From contig JBMSQQ010000016.1 of the NCBI GenBank assembly GCA_049423385.1, forward strand, positions 1 to 45,434: a stretch of DNA of 45,434 nt, read 5' to 3'. The stretch's first letter is position 1, and the number at the start of each line of letters is the position of its first letter. The translations under genes and the position numbers were made by a program. This document shows positions 16,760-27,445 of the stretch, piece by piece. Origin of the DNA: Silvanigrellaceae bacterium (GTDB taxonomy: Bacteria > Bdellovibrionota_B > Oligoflexia > Silvanigrellales > Silvanigrellaceae). Below the pieces are notes generated by a model. The model made no database searches. It was not told where the DNA came from and saw only the letters and a program-made list of their open reading frames with translations.

Positions 16760-17257
16760 ATGCCAAGTTTCGACGTTGTATCAGAAGTCAATGTTCAGGA
16801 AGTCGACAACGCAGTCAATCAGGCCCAGAAAGAAATTCAGTCCAGGTATGATTTCAAGGGAACAAAATTTGATCTCAATTTTGATGCAAAAGCGGCTGAG
16901 ATCAAACTCACTGCTGATGCAGAAAGTCGGCTCGAAAGCATGCTGGACATCATCAACAGCAAACTCATCAAGCGTGGGATAGAACTGGGCGCTATAGAAA
17001 TAAGCAAACGAGAACCCGCCGGTGGCATGATGCTGAAACAGTCACTCAAAGTGAAGCAGGGATTGGAACAGGACAAAGCCAAACAGATCATCAAGGTGAT
17101 CAAGGATTCGAAGTTGAAGGTGGAGGCTCAAATCCAGGACAAGCAGGTTCTGGTCACGGGTAAAAAAATTGATGATCTTCAGGAAGTGATCGGTTTGCTC
17201 AAATCTCAACAGGGCCAGCTGAAAATTCCACTCCAGTTTGTCAACATGAGAAGCTGA
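16760..17257 (+). CDS. yajQ: YajQ family cyclic di-GMP/nucleotide-binding protein
   Basis: MPSFDVVSEV..QEVDNAVNQA.KEI..RYDFKG...VTGKKIDDLQEVI...LQFVNMR. Confidence 0.95.
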   Translation: MPSFDVVSEVNVQEVDNAVNQAQKEIQSRYDFKGTKFDLNFDAKAAEIKLTADAESRLESMLDIINSKLIKRGIELGAIEISKREPAGGMMLKQSLKVKQGLEQDKAKQIIKVIKDSKLKVEAQIQDKQVLVTGKKIDDLQEVIGLLKSQQGQLKIPLQFVNMRS

Positions 17258-17314
17258 TTCGATTCTTGTTCCGAAGTCTTTGTGGGTTCTCAAAAAAGGA
17301 AAATGGTGAATCAG

Positions 17315-17455
17315 ATGATTGAAGTGACCAAACTCGATGGTTCAAAGCTCTTTGTGAATGAAATGAATATTCAGTGGATCGAGAGCCTCCCCGACACGGC
17401 GATCACTTTCCTGGGGGGTGCGCGGGTGATTGTTCGCGATACGCAGATGCAATGA
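17315..17455 (+). CDS. flbD: FlbD/SwrD family flagellar protein, short (46 aa), possibly truncated
   Basis: Not in the ORF track. Manual translation MIEVTKLDGSKLFVNEMNIQWIESLPDTAITFLGGARVIVRDTQMQ* matches the FlbD pattern MI.lT.L.G....lN...I..IE..PDT.IT...G....V. Confidence 0.75.
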   Translation: MIEVTKLDGSKLFVNEMNIQWIESLPDTAITFLGGARVIVRDTQMQ

Positions 17456-17653
17456 ACTTGTTCATGCAGGGCGGGCTGCAACGAGCCAGAATACAGACTC
17501 TGTCAAGACAGGTGTCATCCCCAACAACGTTTCGTCAAACCTTTAGCGTTCGTCAAAGTTTGGATGCTTGGTGGCGGAAATGTCGCATCCTCAATGGTCA
17601 TCAAAGTGCGTAAGATTTTCTGAGGTGCTCGAACACCGAAGGAGGATCTACAC

Positions 17654-19381
17654 ATGGCGGCAAGTAGTTGGAATCGGGTTGACATTCTCAAGGGATTGCG
17701 GGGAGGAGTGTCCGCCTGCCTGATCGCAGGAGCGCTGTTTGCACATAATGCCAATGCTTCTATTCTCCCGCCGAACAATCTTCACATGCAAGACAACCTC
17801 CACTCTCTTGCCAATATCACCGAGCAGGATTTCAACAACATCGTCAACACGATTATCAATCTCTACAAACCGATCGTTGCAGCAAAAGGCGCAACCCTGA
17901 AATCAAACAACCTGTGGACGGATGCCACGGTCAATGCCAGTGCTCAACAGGTTGGAACGAGCTGGATTGTGAACATGTATGGCGGCCTGGCTCGCCGTCC
18001 GGAAGTGACTCCGGATGGTTTCGCAATGGTGGTCTGCCACGAGCTGGGACATCACCTCGGTGGATTCCCTTTTTACGGTGACAATGATTGGGCTGCCTCC
18101 GAGGGGCAATCCGACTATTTTGCAACTCAATCGTGCGCCCGTGAAATATGGCGCAACCAGGTTGCTGAGAATGCTCGTTACCGTGGCTTGGTGGGCGATT
18201 TTGAAAAGAACAAGTGCGATGCAGCCTGGAACAAGTCGGAAGATCAAGATCTTTGTTACCGCGCTGCAGCCGCTGGCAAAAGCCTTGCAACACTGTTGGG
18301 TGCACTGCGCTCGGGTTCAACCCCACCGCGTTTCGAAACTCCGGATCCTCGCCGCGTGGCAGCAACTTACACAGCGCACCCTGAGGCGCAGTGTCGTCTC
18401 GATACCTACTTCAACGGTGCTCTTTGTCCGGTTGGTTTCGACAAGAACGTGATTCCTGGCCGCAGCACCACGGGTGGTCAAACGAACAAGGATTCCGAAC
18501 TGAAAGCTTCAGCATCGTCGTGCATGACTGCAGCGGGATATGCGAATGGCGTTCGTCCACTTTGCTGGTTCAAGCCTCAGCTTGAATTCCTTGCGATTCA
18601 ATATTCGGATGCCCGTTATCAGGAACAGTCCGGCAACAACAATGGTGTCGTGGAACCAGGCGAAACAGTTGAAGCGTTTTTCCGCCTTGCAAACAGGGCT
18701 GTCAATCCGACAACCAATATTGAAGCTGTACTCAGCAGCCCGTCTGCGAAGCTTCAGGTGCTTGAAGGAAAAGCACAATTCAGTGACATGAACTCCGGCG
18801 AGACCAGCGAGGCCAAGAGCCCGTTTGTTTTCAAGGTGGCAGAGACTTCCCAGTGTGGAGAAAAGATTCCTGTTACCTTGAAGGCAAAGAGTGATCAAGG
18901 TGCGGTTGAGCTGACCCGTGAGGTCACTTTGGGTCGACAGATTTCTTCTGAGTTGGGCACCGTGGCGACCCAGGTGAACATCCCGGACAATGATCCTGTT
19001 GGTATTGATTCCAATTTCGAAAGCACGATTGCTGGTTCAGCCTCAGGTTTCGCGCTGAAACTTGATATCGAGCATCCTTATGTTCGCGACCTTCGCGTCA
19101 GCGTCTTCTCGCCAGATGGCAAGGAGTACAAGGTCTATCCAACCGCGAACTCTCTCAAGGGACGTCGCACCAGCAAAACCGATGGTCGTCTTGACACAGG
19201 AATTCATGAGACGATTCAGGTAGACTCAAGAGTGGAGAAGATCGAAGGTGCATGGAAGCTCCGGGTCAAGGATGTTGCTGCACGCGACAACGGTACTCTC
19301 CAGGGTTGGTCTGTGACGGCATCGAAAAATCAGTGTGACGGACAATTGAAGTGGGCTTCAAAACGCGCTCGAGCCAAATAA
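17654..19381 (+). CDS. Secreted zinc metallopeptidase (gluzincin-type) with C-terminal proprotein convertase P-domain, 575 aa
   Basis: AAGGAGG SD, signal peptide, CHELGHH plus SEGQSDYFA, a middle NNNGVVEPGET domain, and P-domain motifs IPDNDP.GI, IEHPYVRDL.V...SPDG and GAWKLRVKD. Confidence 0.85.
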   Translation: MAASSWNRVDILKGLRGGVSACLIAGALFAHNANASILPPNNLHMQDNLHSLANITEQDFNNIVNTIINLYKPIVAAKGATLKSNNLWTDATVNASAQQVGTSWIVNMYGGLARRPEVTPDGFAMVVCHELGHHLGGFPFYGDNDWAASEGQSDYFATQSCAREIWRNQVAENARYRGLVGDFEKNKCDAAWNKSEDQDLCYRAAAAGKSLATLLGALRSGSTPPRFETPDPRRVAATYTAHPEAQCRLDTYFNGALCPVGFDKNVIPGRSTTGGQTNKDSELKASASSCMTAAGYANGVRPLCWFKPQLEFLAIQYSDARYQEQSGNNNGVVEPGETVEAFFRLANRAVNPTTNIEAVLSSPSAKLQVLEGKAQFSDMNSGETSEAKSPFVFKVAETSQCGEKIPVTLKAKSDQGAVELTREVTLGRQISSELGTVATQVNIPDNDPVGIDSNFESTIAGSASGFALKLDIEHPYVRDLRVSVFSPDGKEYKVYPTANSLKGRRTSKTDGRLDTGIHETIQVDSRVEKIEGAWKLRVKDVAARDNGTLQGWSVTASKNQCDGQLKWASKRARAK

Positions 19382-22248
19382 CCAAAAACCGCAAGCATGC
19401 GCTGGTCGCCATGATTGTGGCGACCAGCGCTTTTTTGCGTGCTGGAGCTGCTGACAAGGAACCCGAGGCAACTCCAACCCCAACTCCCGAGCCAACCGAA
19501 AGACCGCGTCCGGATATTCTCAACATCAAGAAATCTTCTGCATCGGATGAACTTCTCAAACGCGACTGGATGAGACTTTCGTTGTTGAAGGCTTCTGATC
19601 TTCCTGGCTTGAAGCAAATTCCCGAAGCCGCAGATCAATCGCTACGCAAGCGAATCAGTGATGGCTTTGGCCTGCCGGCTGTCATGACCATCAAGGAGCC
19701 GCTCCGGAGTCCGCCACAGTGGTGGACACCCGAGGTTCGAGGAATGGCGGCATTGACCCTCGGCCCAACCCGACATTTTGCCAGGCCCGAGTTGAAGATC
19801 GAAGTTCCCATGTTGCGATTGCGGGAAATTCCTTTTCTGAATGGTGAAACAGATTTTGTTCGAAGCATGAATGAGATTGTCCGTTTGTGGACGTTGGGCC
19901 GGGTGCATCAGGCAGCAAAACTGCGTTCAGAACTGCAAAAAGCAAAGAAACAGATTCCCCGTGGCACGAAGGAACGAACTGCAATTGCGATCATGAATGG
20001 ATTTCTTGATCTGCAGGAAGCGGCGAATGTTGCCGAGCCTCTTGAGTTTTATGGTCCATCCCTGGGTTCGCTCTGGGATGCCCTGGGAAGCACAGAACTC
20101 AACGTCTTCATGAATCCCCAAGGTGGGAATCATATCGATCTTCAGCTCTTCCATGCTGCCTTGGCGGAGCCTGCCCTTTTTTCAAGGAGTGGAATTTATC
20201 CACCTGTGCTGTCTGCGCCGCGGATCAAGCCAAGATCGATGGATATCGATCTTTTCGTCAGAACCCTGGCCCTGCCAGCCCTTTTCAACGTTGCCTCGTT
20301 GGCGGCACAGGCAGGCAACTGGACCAGGGTTTATGAAGCCTCACAGAAATTTGAACGGATTTACGCTCTTCTCGACAAATCCCACACACATCAGGACGGC
20401 AAGAACCTGACTTTCACCACACCCTCCGGAGTGGCAGTCACTCATCCGATGCTGATGCAGCCGCAAACTGCGCATCAATTGCACGTGATCATGAAAATGC
20501 TGCAAGTCCGCGCGCAGTTTCTTGCTGAAGATCCATTGTTGGCACTCAGGGAAACGGCCAAGGTGATTCTTGCTTCCGACGTTCCCGCATTCAGAACCAT
20601 AGGATTTTCATTTGCCGGCAATATTTATGACGACCTCGGATATCCGGATTATGCCCGTCGTTTTTATGCGTTTGCAGAAGCATTCGCAGACGTCGAATGG
20701 TATCAGCAGAATCCCTATTTTCTTTTGCGCGGCGCAGAAAATGCATTCTGGGCCGGTGACTATGAAATCGCCAAGGCGGGATTTGAAAAATTTCTCCTCG
20801 CAGCTGGCGACAAAAACTTTGGACCCTGGGCGCGTTTGCGATTGGCTGAAATGACTCACCTGAAGAGCGGAGCCGAAAAGGCAAGTGTACAATACGAGGA
20901 ACTCTTCAGGAATCATCCAGGTCATCCGGCGGGAATCGCAGCCCGCCGAAGACTGTTCTGCATTTCGGCTCCACAATTGGGAGCACGTGCGCGGTATATC
21001 GAGTATCAGTCATTGAAGGAAATGTTTCCAAAAATGGAACTTGATGAGATCGAGCAGGTTCGCGCATGCCATATCAGCGGTTTGTTCGATGACGCAGCCA
21101 AGGTTTCGCAAAAAACGATAAAATCGTTGCCCGATGAAGCCAAAGTGCAACTCGATCTCATTGCGGAGTTCAAGCAGAAATATCCGCTTTCGGCTTACCT
21201 GAAGTTTTTTGAAACCAGACGTGTCACACTTGAGGCGGCAATGGGGCCATATTTGCTGGCATTCAAGCAATGTCAGCCTGCGCTCGATTTTGTCAAAAAG
21301 AATGAAGAAAAAATATCTGTATTGAAATCGAAGAGTGGCCAGTTTCTGGAGTCATTGAAATGGACGCAGGAAGAGCAGGAAAGGTTGACCCGCTGTGCTG
21401 CGCTCTTCTCCTCGAATGAAACTCTTGACAAGATTTTTTCCGGATCGGCTGCACGCCCGCTTGGCAAGGACAAAAAAAAGAGTTCAAGGCAGCAAAAATC
21501 GCTGGCCGGAGAAGCGCCAGAAAAGCGTTTGACCCGACTGACAGTGGAGATGACCACACGTCCTGAAGACAAAAAGGCTTCGGAGCTTTTTGTTGAACTG
21601 CGTCGGAGAGGAAAGAAGTCTTTTGCTGAAGACGTGAAGGAATTGGAGAAGCAGGAAGCCCAGTCGATAGACGACAATGATTTTTGGTCGAAGCTGGCGA
21701 CATTGCGGGTGATGCAATGGGATCTCGAACAGCCCGCCGGCAAGAAGCCGGCGCTCAATCGATTGATGCGCGCCGAAGTGTTGCGCAGCCCCGATCAGAC
21801 CATCAAATTCAAGGAATTCTGCGAACGATTCCTGCTTGAGTCATCGACAATGAACAGAAAAGAATGGGACCAGTTCGTTCTTGCGATTCCAACCAGCCGT
21901 TGGTTGGAACTTGCTGGTGCATCAACACCTCCACCCAAAGAACCTTCCATATCCAACAGTGATTCTTGCGAAGCAAAGGTTGCCGATGACGCATTGAAGG
22001 CTTCCCAGTCATTGCCCTCATTGGCTCGCGACAGACATCTCCTTTGGCCTTGGTTGCAGGCACGGGGTGCGCAAAAGGAATCCGAGGCCTGGCTGGCCCT
22101 TGGTCAGCGTTGGGACCAACAAGGAAGCGTTTCAAAACAGGAACTTGAGAATCTCTTCAAGACCCTCGAAAAAGAAGCCGATAGCCCCACAGTCAAGCAA
22201 GCCGCAAAGGCTTGGCGCGAATCCCGTAAACCATCTGGTTTGTGGTAA
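19351..22248 (+). CDS. Large exported tetratricopeptide-repeat-like protein, 965 aa
   Basis: Long ORF, signal-like N-terminus, PT-rich linker, TPR-like segments (AENAFWAGDYEIAKAGFEKFL; ARLRLAEM...YEELFRNHPG). Start uncertain. Confidence 0.7.
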   Translation: MGFKTRSSQITKNRKHALVAMIVATSAFLRAGAADKEPEATPTPTPEPTERPRPDILNIKKSSASDELLKRDWMRLSLLKASDLPGLKQIPEAADQSLRKRISDGFGLPAVMTIKEPLRSPPQWWTPEVRGMAALTLGPTRHFARPELKIEVPMLRLREIPFLNGETDFVRSMNEIVRLWTLGRVHQAAKLRSELQKAKKQIPRGTKERTAIAIMNGFLDLQEAANVAEPLEFYGPSLGSLWDALGSTELNVFMNPQGGNHIDLQLFHAALAEPALFSRSGIYPPVLSAPRIKPRSMDIDLFVRTLALPALFNVASLAAQAGNWTRVYEASQKFERIYALLDKSHTHQDGKNLTFTTPSGVAVTHPMLMQPQTAHQLHVIMKMLQVRAQFLAEDPLLALRETAKVILASDVPAFRTIGFSFAGNIYDDLGYPDYARRFYAFAEAFADVEWYQQNPYFLLRGAENAFWAGDYEIAKAGFEKFLLAAGDKNFGPWARLRLAEMTHLKSGAEKASVQYEELFRNHPGHPAGIAARRRLFCISAPQLGARARYIEYQSLKEMFPKMELDEIEQVRACHISGLFDDAAKVSQKTIKSLPDEAKVQLDLIAEFKQKYPLSAYLKFFETRRVTLEAAMGPYLLAFKQCQPALDFVKKNEEKISVLKSKSGQFLESLKWTQEEQERLTRCAALFSSNETLDKIFSGSAARPLGKDKKKSSRQQKSLAGEAPEKRLTRLTVEMTTRPEDKKASELFVELRRRGKKSFAEDVKELEKQEAQSIDDNDFWSKLATLRVMQWDLEQPAGKKPALNRLMRAEVLRSPDQTIKFKEFCERFLLESSTMNRKEWDQFVLAIPTSRWLELAGASTPPPKEPSISNSDSCEAKVADDALKASQSLPSLARDRHLLWPWLQARGAQKESEAWLALGQRWDQQGSVSKQELENLFKTLEKEADSPTVKQAAKAWRESRKPSGLW

Positions 22249-22306
22249 GCTCCAAACTGGGTTTGCTTGTGACCTTGAGGTTCGACTGAGGGAAGTGAGG
22301 CTCGTC

Positions 22307-22711
22307 ATGGGTGATGTACTGTCTTTCAAAAACAAGAAATCAGCATCAGAGGGAGTGAAGGCAGCCAAACGGAAAAAAACCGAAAAGGTTGCTCCGAAGG
22401 CTGCTGGTCGCGAGGCACGCTCGACACAATCTGCAACTCCGATTCGCCTGGCAAACAAGAGCAAAAAGAAAAAGGAAACCCTCAATGCAGAGAGCATCAA
22501 GCTTTGGTGGATTTCACAGGAGTTTGATGAATTGATTCGCAAGGCCATCATTGACAAGCATATTCCTGTCGAGGAACTTTCGGCAGTCATGGCTCACAGG
22601 CTGGGGTCACTTTTGATGGTCAGCGAAAGAACACCTGAGCTGACATTGTTTTGCTTGAAATTGATTTCAAAAATCACGAATCAGAAAGAATCCGGTTCGA
22701 ACGCCAGCTGA
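22307..22711 (+). CDS. Hypothetical protein with Lys/Ala-rich N-terminus, 134 aa
   Basis: GAGG SD before ATG 22307; the longer ORF overlaps the upstream gene. Confidence 0.7.
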   Translation: MGDVLSFKNKKSASEGVKAAKRKKTEKVAPKAAGREARSTQSATPIRLANKSKKKKETLNAESIKLWWISQEFDELIRKAIIDKHIPVEELSAVMAHRLGSLLMVSERTPELTLFCLKLISKITNQKESGSNAS

Positions 22712-22742
22712 CGTCTGGGCGCAATCGGGACCATCATGGAAT

Positions 22743-23933
22743 TCACTCACGGACAGGAGAAACTTTCTGTCCGTTTTTATTTTCTTCACTGGGCAATTGA
22801 ACGATCCAGTCTCCCTCATTGAGTCCGGCAGTGACTTCGGTTTCCCTTGCCGAGGAAATTCCCGTGCTGATTCTGACTTTTTCAATTTTTCCATCTTTTT
22901 CCTTGAACACCCAGGAATTTCCTTCTTCCTGCCAAACGGCGGATGAAGGAACTGTCAATGCAGAAGCTCTTGTCGCCAATTCGATGTGCGCCTCCAGTTC
23001 CAATCCCGCGGGTACATTTTCTGCCGGCATACCGTCGAAATCAATCCATACGCGGGTGCGCTGTTCGCTGATTCCCAACGGTGAAATCTTCGGCAATGCT
23101 GTGGGAGCAACTGATTTGACCTTTCCTCCGAGAGGAAAGTCGGTGAAGCGAACCGTCAATCCTGATTTGATGCGCATTGCATCACGGGCGAGGATGTCGA
23201 TTTCGTAGCGCAGCGAGCCGGGCTGTGCGATGTCAATCAGTGGAGTACCTGTCGTCACGAATCTGGGGCGTTCATCGTAAATCCAACTGACAATGCCGGA
23301 GACTGGCACTGTCACAGCACGTGAGTCCACTGACCGTGGCTCTTTGATTGTGATGGCGGAACGAGCCGCCTCCTCTTGATGGCGACTGGCATCGAGTCCC
23401 GACTCTGCGACCCGAAGTTCTTTGCGCAGGTCAGCGACCTTGGCTTTCAAGTTGTCGAATTCCTGTTGGCTGACAGCTCCAACTTTGAAGACACCTTCCG
23501 TGCGCCTCAATTCTTTCTCTGAGGAGGCCAAGGCAAGTTTGGCGCGTTCCACCTGCAATCGGGCTTGATCGGTTTGTGCGCGCGCAGTCTCCAATTGTGC
23601 CCGAAGCGTGGCCTGCGTTCGCGGATCCAGAAGTGGCGCAGGTGCAGCCGAAACGGTGGCGATTTTGGTGATGCCGCGCTCGACAGATTCCCCCACGTTG
23701 ACAGTCATCTGTGAAAGCCATCCGCTGTTCGCTGCGGGGAAAGTCAGGACATTTTTGAATTTTGTTGTTCCAAAGTCAGAAATCTCCTCGCGGATCGGTC
23801 CACGTCGGACCTTCTTTACGATCACCACTTGTGGTTCTGCCCGGGCAGCAAGGTAGATGATGGCCAGCAGAATCAGCGCTGTCATCAATAGCCAAGATTT
23901 TCGATGAGCAATAAAAATGTTGTCCTTTTTCAT
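22743..23933 (-). CDS. Efflux membrane fusion (periplasmic adaptor) protein
   Basis: N-terminal TM, VNVGESV, coiled-coil hairpin, VPVSGIV, and LTVPSSAV...GLNEGD. Confidence 0.9.
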   Translation of the reverse strand: MKKDNIFIAHRKSWLLMTALILLAIIYLAARAEPQVVIVKKVRRGPIREEISDFGTTKFKNVLTFPAANSGWLSQMTVNVGESVERGITKIATVSAAPAPLLDPRTQATLRAQLETARAQTDQARLQVERAKLALASSEKELRRTEGVFKVGAVSQQEFDNLKAKVADLRKELRVAESGLDASRHQEEAARSAITIKEPRSVDSRAVTVPVSGIVSWIYDERPRFVTTGTPLIDIAQPGSLRYEIDILARDAMRIKSGLTVRFTDFPLGGKVKSVAPTALPKISPLGISEQRTRVWIDFDGMPAENVPAGLELEAHIELATRASALTVPSSAVWQEEGNSWVFKEKDGKIEKVRISTGISSARETEVTAGLNEGDWIVQLPSEENKNGQKVSPVRE

Positions 23934-23936
23934 CGT

Positions 23937-26300
23937 CTATTCCCTTGTCTTGAGAATGCCCAGAAACGAGATCCGATGAATCCTGGGTTGAATCATCAAG
24001 GCCGTCAGCAAGACTCCACAGAGCAGCATTGCAGCAGCCCAAACATAGCTTTGCGGGGTTATGATCACCGGAATCCTGAAAACTTCAGTTTCGATGGCTG
24101 CCATCAAGGCCATCAGCAGTCTTTGTCCCAGCCAAAGTCCAGGCAGAATGGCGATCGAAGTCAGCAGCAGAAAATCAGACCAAAAGAGGATCGTGAGCTC
24201 AGCTTCAAAAAATCCCAAGGCACGCAGCAGGGCAAATTCCCTTTCCCTTTCCGAAAACTGGATTCTGGCATTGTTGTATAAAACTCCCATGGCAATCAGC
24301 AATGCGAAACCAATCATGAAATTCCTGAAAATTCCGACGTTCTCTGCTATTGTTTTTTCAAAAGCGCGCTTTTCGAAATCCTTTTCGGAGATTCCAAGAA
24401 GTGTCGGTATCCGCGTCAGCAATTTCCTTGTGTTGAGACTCTCACGATTGGGAGACTTGTAGAGGAGAGTGTTGAAAGTTTTTGTTGTGTTGAACAGCAG
24501 GAGAAAATCTTCTGAATCGACTGTCACGATGGTGCCCATCAGGTTTTCGGAAAGCTGTGTGACCCAGGCAGTCGCCTGGACGGGCGAGCTGTCGCGAGTT
24601 GTGATGACGACCTTTGCGGGTGGAACAATTCCGAGCTTGTCGGCCACGGCCCTGGACAAGGTCAGTCCATGACTGTTGCGTGATTTGACGGGAATGACAT
24701 CGATTTTTCTGAGTTCTTCGCCACGGTTTTTGACCACCAGTGTGAGTTCCCGCACGGCGCGACCGAACCTCAAACTCACAGGCATCACAAGTGATGCCTC
24801 AGCAACGCCCTGTCCCAAAAACGGCTGGAGCGAGTTTGCACTTGCAAAAGGGAAACGTTGTGAGAAGACGAGTGAATGCGATTGCCTTTGCGAAACCCGA
24901 TATTCCCTCTCGATCATTTGCCGAATGGCATATTCTTCAAAGCGCGCGAAAACCAGGAGAGAAGTTGCGAGTATCAGTCCAATGCAGGTGACGCCGCTTT
25001 GAAACGGGCGTCGGAACAGATTCCGCAAACTCATCCGCAAGGTAAGGCTGAGCCTGCGCAGCACCGGAAGTGTGTCGAAAAACGTTGCGCGGGTGTGTTG
25101 CGGAGTCGCCGGAACAAGTGCCTGGGCAACCGATTCGCGAAAAATATTTCGAAGCCCCCAGAGTGTGCCGGTCAGGGCTGTTGCAATGCAGAGGGCGACG
25201 CTTGCAACAATGGAGTCCGGGTCGCTGCGGTAGTCAATATATGCAAAGCGGTAGAAGAGGACGTAAATTTCAAACATTTTTTTCGACAACCAGACGCCAA
25301 GGATGATCCCGGCCACGGCGCCGGGTATCAGGCAGACCAGCGCGAGTCCGACAGACTGAATTGCGAGAGTGGTGCGTTGAAAGCCGAAGGCGCGGAGAGT
25401 TGCAATGTTTTCACGTTGGGTCATCAGGACACGGTTCATCGTGATGTTCAACAAAAACAGACAAACAGCAATGAAAATCCCTGGCATGTAAACGCTCATC
25501 GCCTTCAATTGTTCCAGTTCGCTGTTGAGAAAATAGTGGGAAAGTTGTCTGGCGCGCGGAATGTATTGCGTGAATCCAAAAGCCTTGAGGCGACGTTCCA
25601 GTTCTGGCCAGGCGAGTTCAAGTTGTCGTTGGCTCGTGCCTTTAACGAGAAGCTCATTGCAAGCTGATTGAAGATTGCTCGTTTTTTCAAGAATCCGCGG
25701 ATGAATCCACCAAACTGAAAACAATTTGTCATCGGGAATCGTGACTGCCGAGCCGGTTTGATAAATGTACTCGGCCGAACGCCCCAGTCCGCTGACATAA
25801 AAATGAAATGCTTGCCCCTTGATTGTGACCCGCACGGAATCTCCGACATGTAGATTCCATGAACGTGCAAACGCATCACTGAGGATCACTTCGTTGAAGG
25901 CATTGTCATGCGGCCTGCGGCCTTCCACGAGCCTCAGGTTATTCAATGAGCCCGTTCCCGGGAGTGAATGAAAGCGGGCAGAGATTTGTCTATCCTCGCG
26001 CGGCAATTGGACCTGTCCCGACTCGGTGAGCCGGCATTCGATCCTCTGCAGGCCATCAATGTTCTGCAAGACCGAGACATTTGAGCGTGGAATTCTGACA
26101 AGGGGAACAAGCGCATCTGCAAAATTCAGGTTTTGATAAGTCAATTTCTGCGATCGCAAAAGGCTCTTAAGATTACCTTGAGCCATGACAAGTGAGGCCA
26201 GGCCCACGGCCATAACGCTCGACAATGCCATTGCAGGACCCAGCATTTTTGTAAACTCGCGCCACGTCTTGCGTGCGAGCAGTTGCTCGAGTCTCACCAT
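23937..26300 (-). CDS. ABC transporter permease, FtsX/MacB-like with two repeats, 787 aa
   Basis: QRENIATLRAFGF and EREREFALLRALGF motifs; two large periplasmic domains. Confidence 0.92.
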   Translation of the reverse strand: MVRLEQLLARKTWREFTKMLGPAMALSSVMAVGLASLVMAQGNLKSLLRSQKLTYQNLNFADALVPLVRIPRSNVSVLQNIDGLQRIECRLTESGQVQLPREDRQISARFHSLPGTGSLNNLRLVEGRRPHDNAFNEVILSDAFARSWNLHVGDSVRVTIKGQAFHFYVSGLGRSAEYIYQTGSAVTIPDDKLFSVWWIHPRILEKTSNLQSACNELLVKGTSQRQLELAWPELERRLKAFGFTQYIPRARQLSHYFLNSELEQLKAMSVYMPGIFIAVCLFLLNITMNRVLMTQRENIATLRAFGFQRTTLAIQSVGLALVCLIPGAVAGIILGVWLSKKMFEIYVLFYRFAYIDYRSDPDSIVASVALCIATALTGTLWGLRNIFRESVAQALVPATPQHTRATFFDTLPVLRRLSLTLRMSLRNLFRRPFQSGVTCIGLILATSLLVFARFEEYAIRQMIEREYRVSQRQSHSLVFSQRFPFASANSLQPFLGQGVAEASLVMPVSLRFGRAVRELTLVVKNRGEELRKIDVIPVKSRNSHGLTLSRAVADKLGIVPPAKVVITTRDSSPVQATAWVTQLSENLMGTIVTVDSEDFLLLFNTTKTFNTLLYKSPNRESLNTRKLLTRIPTLLGISEKDFEKRAFEKTIAENVGIFRNFMIGFALLIAMGVLYNNARIQFSEREREFALLRALGFFEAELTILFWSDFLLLTSIAILPGLWLGQRLLMALMAAIETEVFRIPVIITPQSYVWAAAMLLCGVLLTALMIQPRIHRISFLGILKTRE

Positions 26301-27001
26301 TGCAGATCTTTTGCCAGCATGTGCGTGAGATTTTCCTCAATGGAAGTGATCCTTCCTCCCGACATGTGAATCACCCTGTCTGCTATGCCGGCAATCATCA
26401 CGTTATGGGTGATGAGCATCACACTGACTCCAAAGTCATGGTGAACTTCCTCTATGGCCTGCAGCACAACAACACCTGTGGAAACGTCGAGTGCGCCGGT
26501 GGGTTCATCACAAAGCAGCAGTGCAGGCTTTTTTACGATGGCTCGGGCGATTGCAACCCGCTGTTGCTCACCTCCCGAGAGTTCGCTTGGAAAATGATTG
26601 CGCCGTTCCCACAAATTCAGTCTGCGCAAAGCATCCTCGCTGGTCATTGTCGACTCGCCGTGTGATTCAATGAGTTGAACGTTTTCGAGCGCGGTGAGGC
26701 TTGGGAGCAGGTTGTAAAATTGAAAGACGAGGCCAACTTTTTCCCTGCGGAATGCGCAGAGTTCTTCTTCTGTTTTCTCTGTCATGAGCTTATTTTTGTA
26801 TAGAAGTGTTCCAGCGGTGGGTCTGTCAAGAGTGCCAAGAATGTTCAGAAATGTGGACTTTCCACTGCCGGAGGGGCCCAACACGACGACCAACTCGCCC
26901 GTGTGCAAACTGAAGTCGACATTGTCCAGGGCATCAACGAACGTTTCGCCAAAAGCGTAGCGCTTTCCCAGACCTTTCGCTTCAAGCAAGACCTCCGTCA
27001 T
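26294..27001 (-). CDS. ABC transporter ATP-binding protein (LolD/MacB-like)
   Basis: [43 protein letters not shown] before ATG 27001. Confidence 0.95.
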   Translation of the reverse strand: MTEVLLEAKGLGKRYAFGETFVDALDNVDFSLHTGELVVVLGPSGSGKSTFLNILGTLDRPTAGTLLYKNKLMTEKTEEELCAFRREKVGLVFQFYNLLPSLTALENVQLIESHGESTMTSEDALRRLNLWERRNHFPSELSGGEQQRVAIARAIVKKPALLLCDEPTGALDVSTGVVVLQAIEEVHHDFGVSVMLITHNVMIAGIADRVIHMSGGRITSIEENLTHMLAKDLQW

Positions 27002-27102
27002 GTTCACCTCCAGTTGGGTGGCTGAATTTTGCAACAGCTTGCTGGAAAGAGTTATGATTTCGGGGGATGCTTTTCTTATGCCATGAAATTTCAGGAGGCA
27101 TC

Positions 27103-27441
27103 ATGACTTTGAAATTGGTGCGCAAGTCGCAGCACGCACATGTTCTGGTTTGCAAATCGTGCGGCGATGCGTTTGTTTCGGACGAATCATTTCGCGGTCT
27201 GACGGCTTCTTCCCATGTCAAAACAATTCTTGAAGCTGAACTCCTGAACGGACGAGAGGGATGGTTGGTCAGGGTTGTCGAGAGCGGCTGCCTGGACGTT
27301 TGTCCGGTTGGCGAGGTCAGTGTGAGGTTGGTTGGTGCTGAAAACAATGAGCACAAATCACTCACGTGGACAATCAATCCAAAGGCCGAAATTGGCGATC
27401 TTGTAGCGACAATTCAAAAACATTTGATTCAAAAGAGATGA
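27103..27441 (+). CDS. Thioredoxin-like (2Fe-2S) ferredoxin domain protein, 112 aa
   Basis: AGGAGG SD; VLVCKSC...VVESGCLDVCP four-Cys pattern. Confidence 0.7.
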   Translation: MTLKLVRKSQHAHVLVCKSCGDAFVSDESFRGLTASSHVKTILEAELLNGREGWLVRVVESGCLDVCPVGEVSVRLVGAENNEHKSLTWTINPKAEIGDLVATIQKHLIQKR

Positions 27442-27445
27442 TTTG

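Noticed and set aside
24876..25667. 263-aa plus-strand ORF
   Set aside because: Antisense shadow of the ABC permease.
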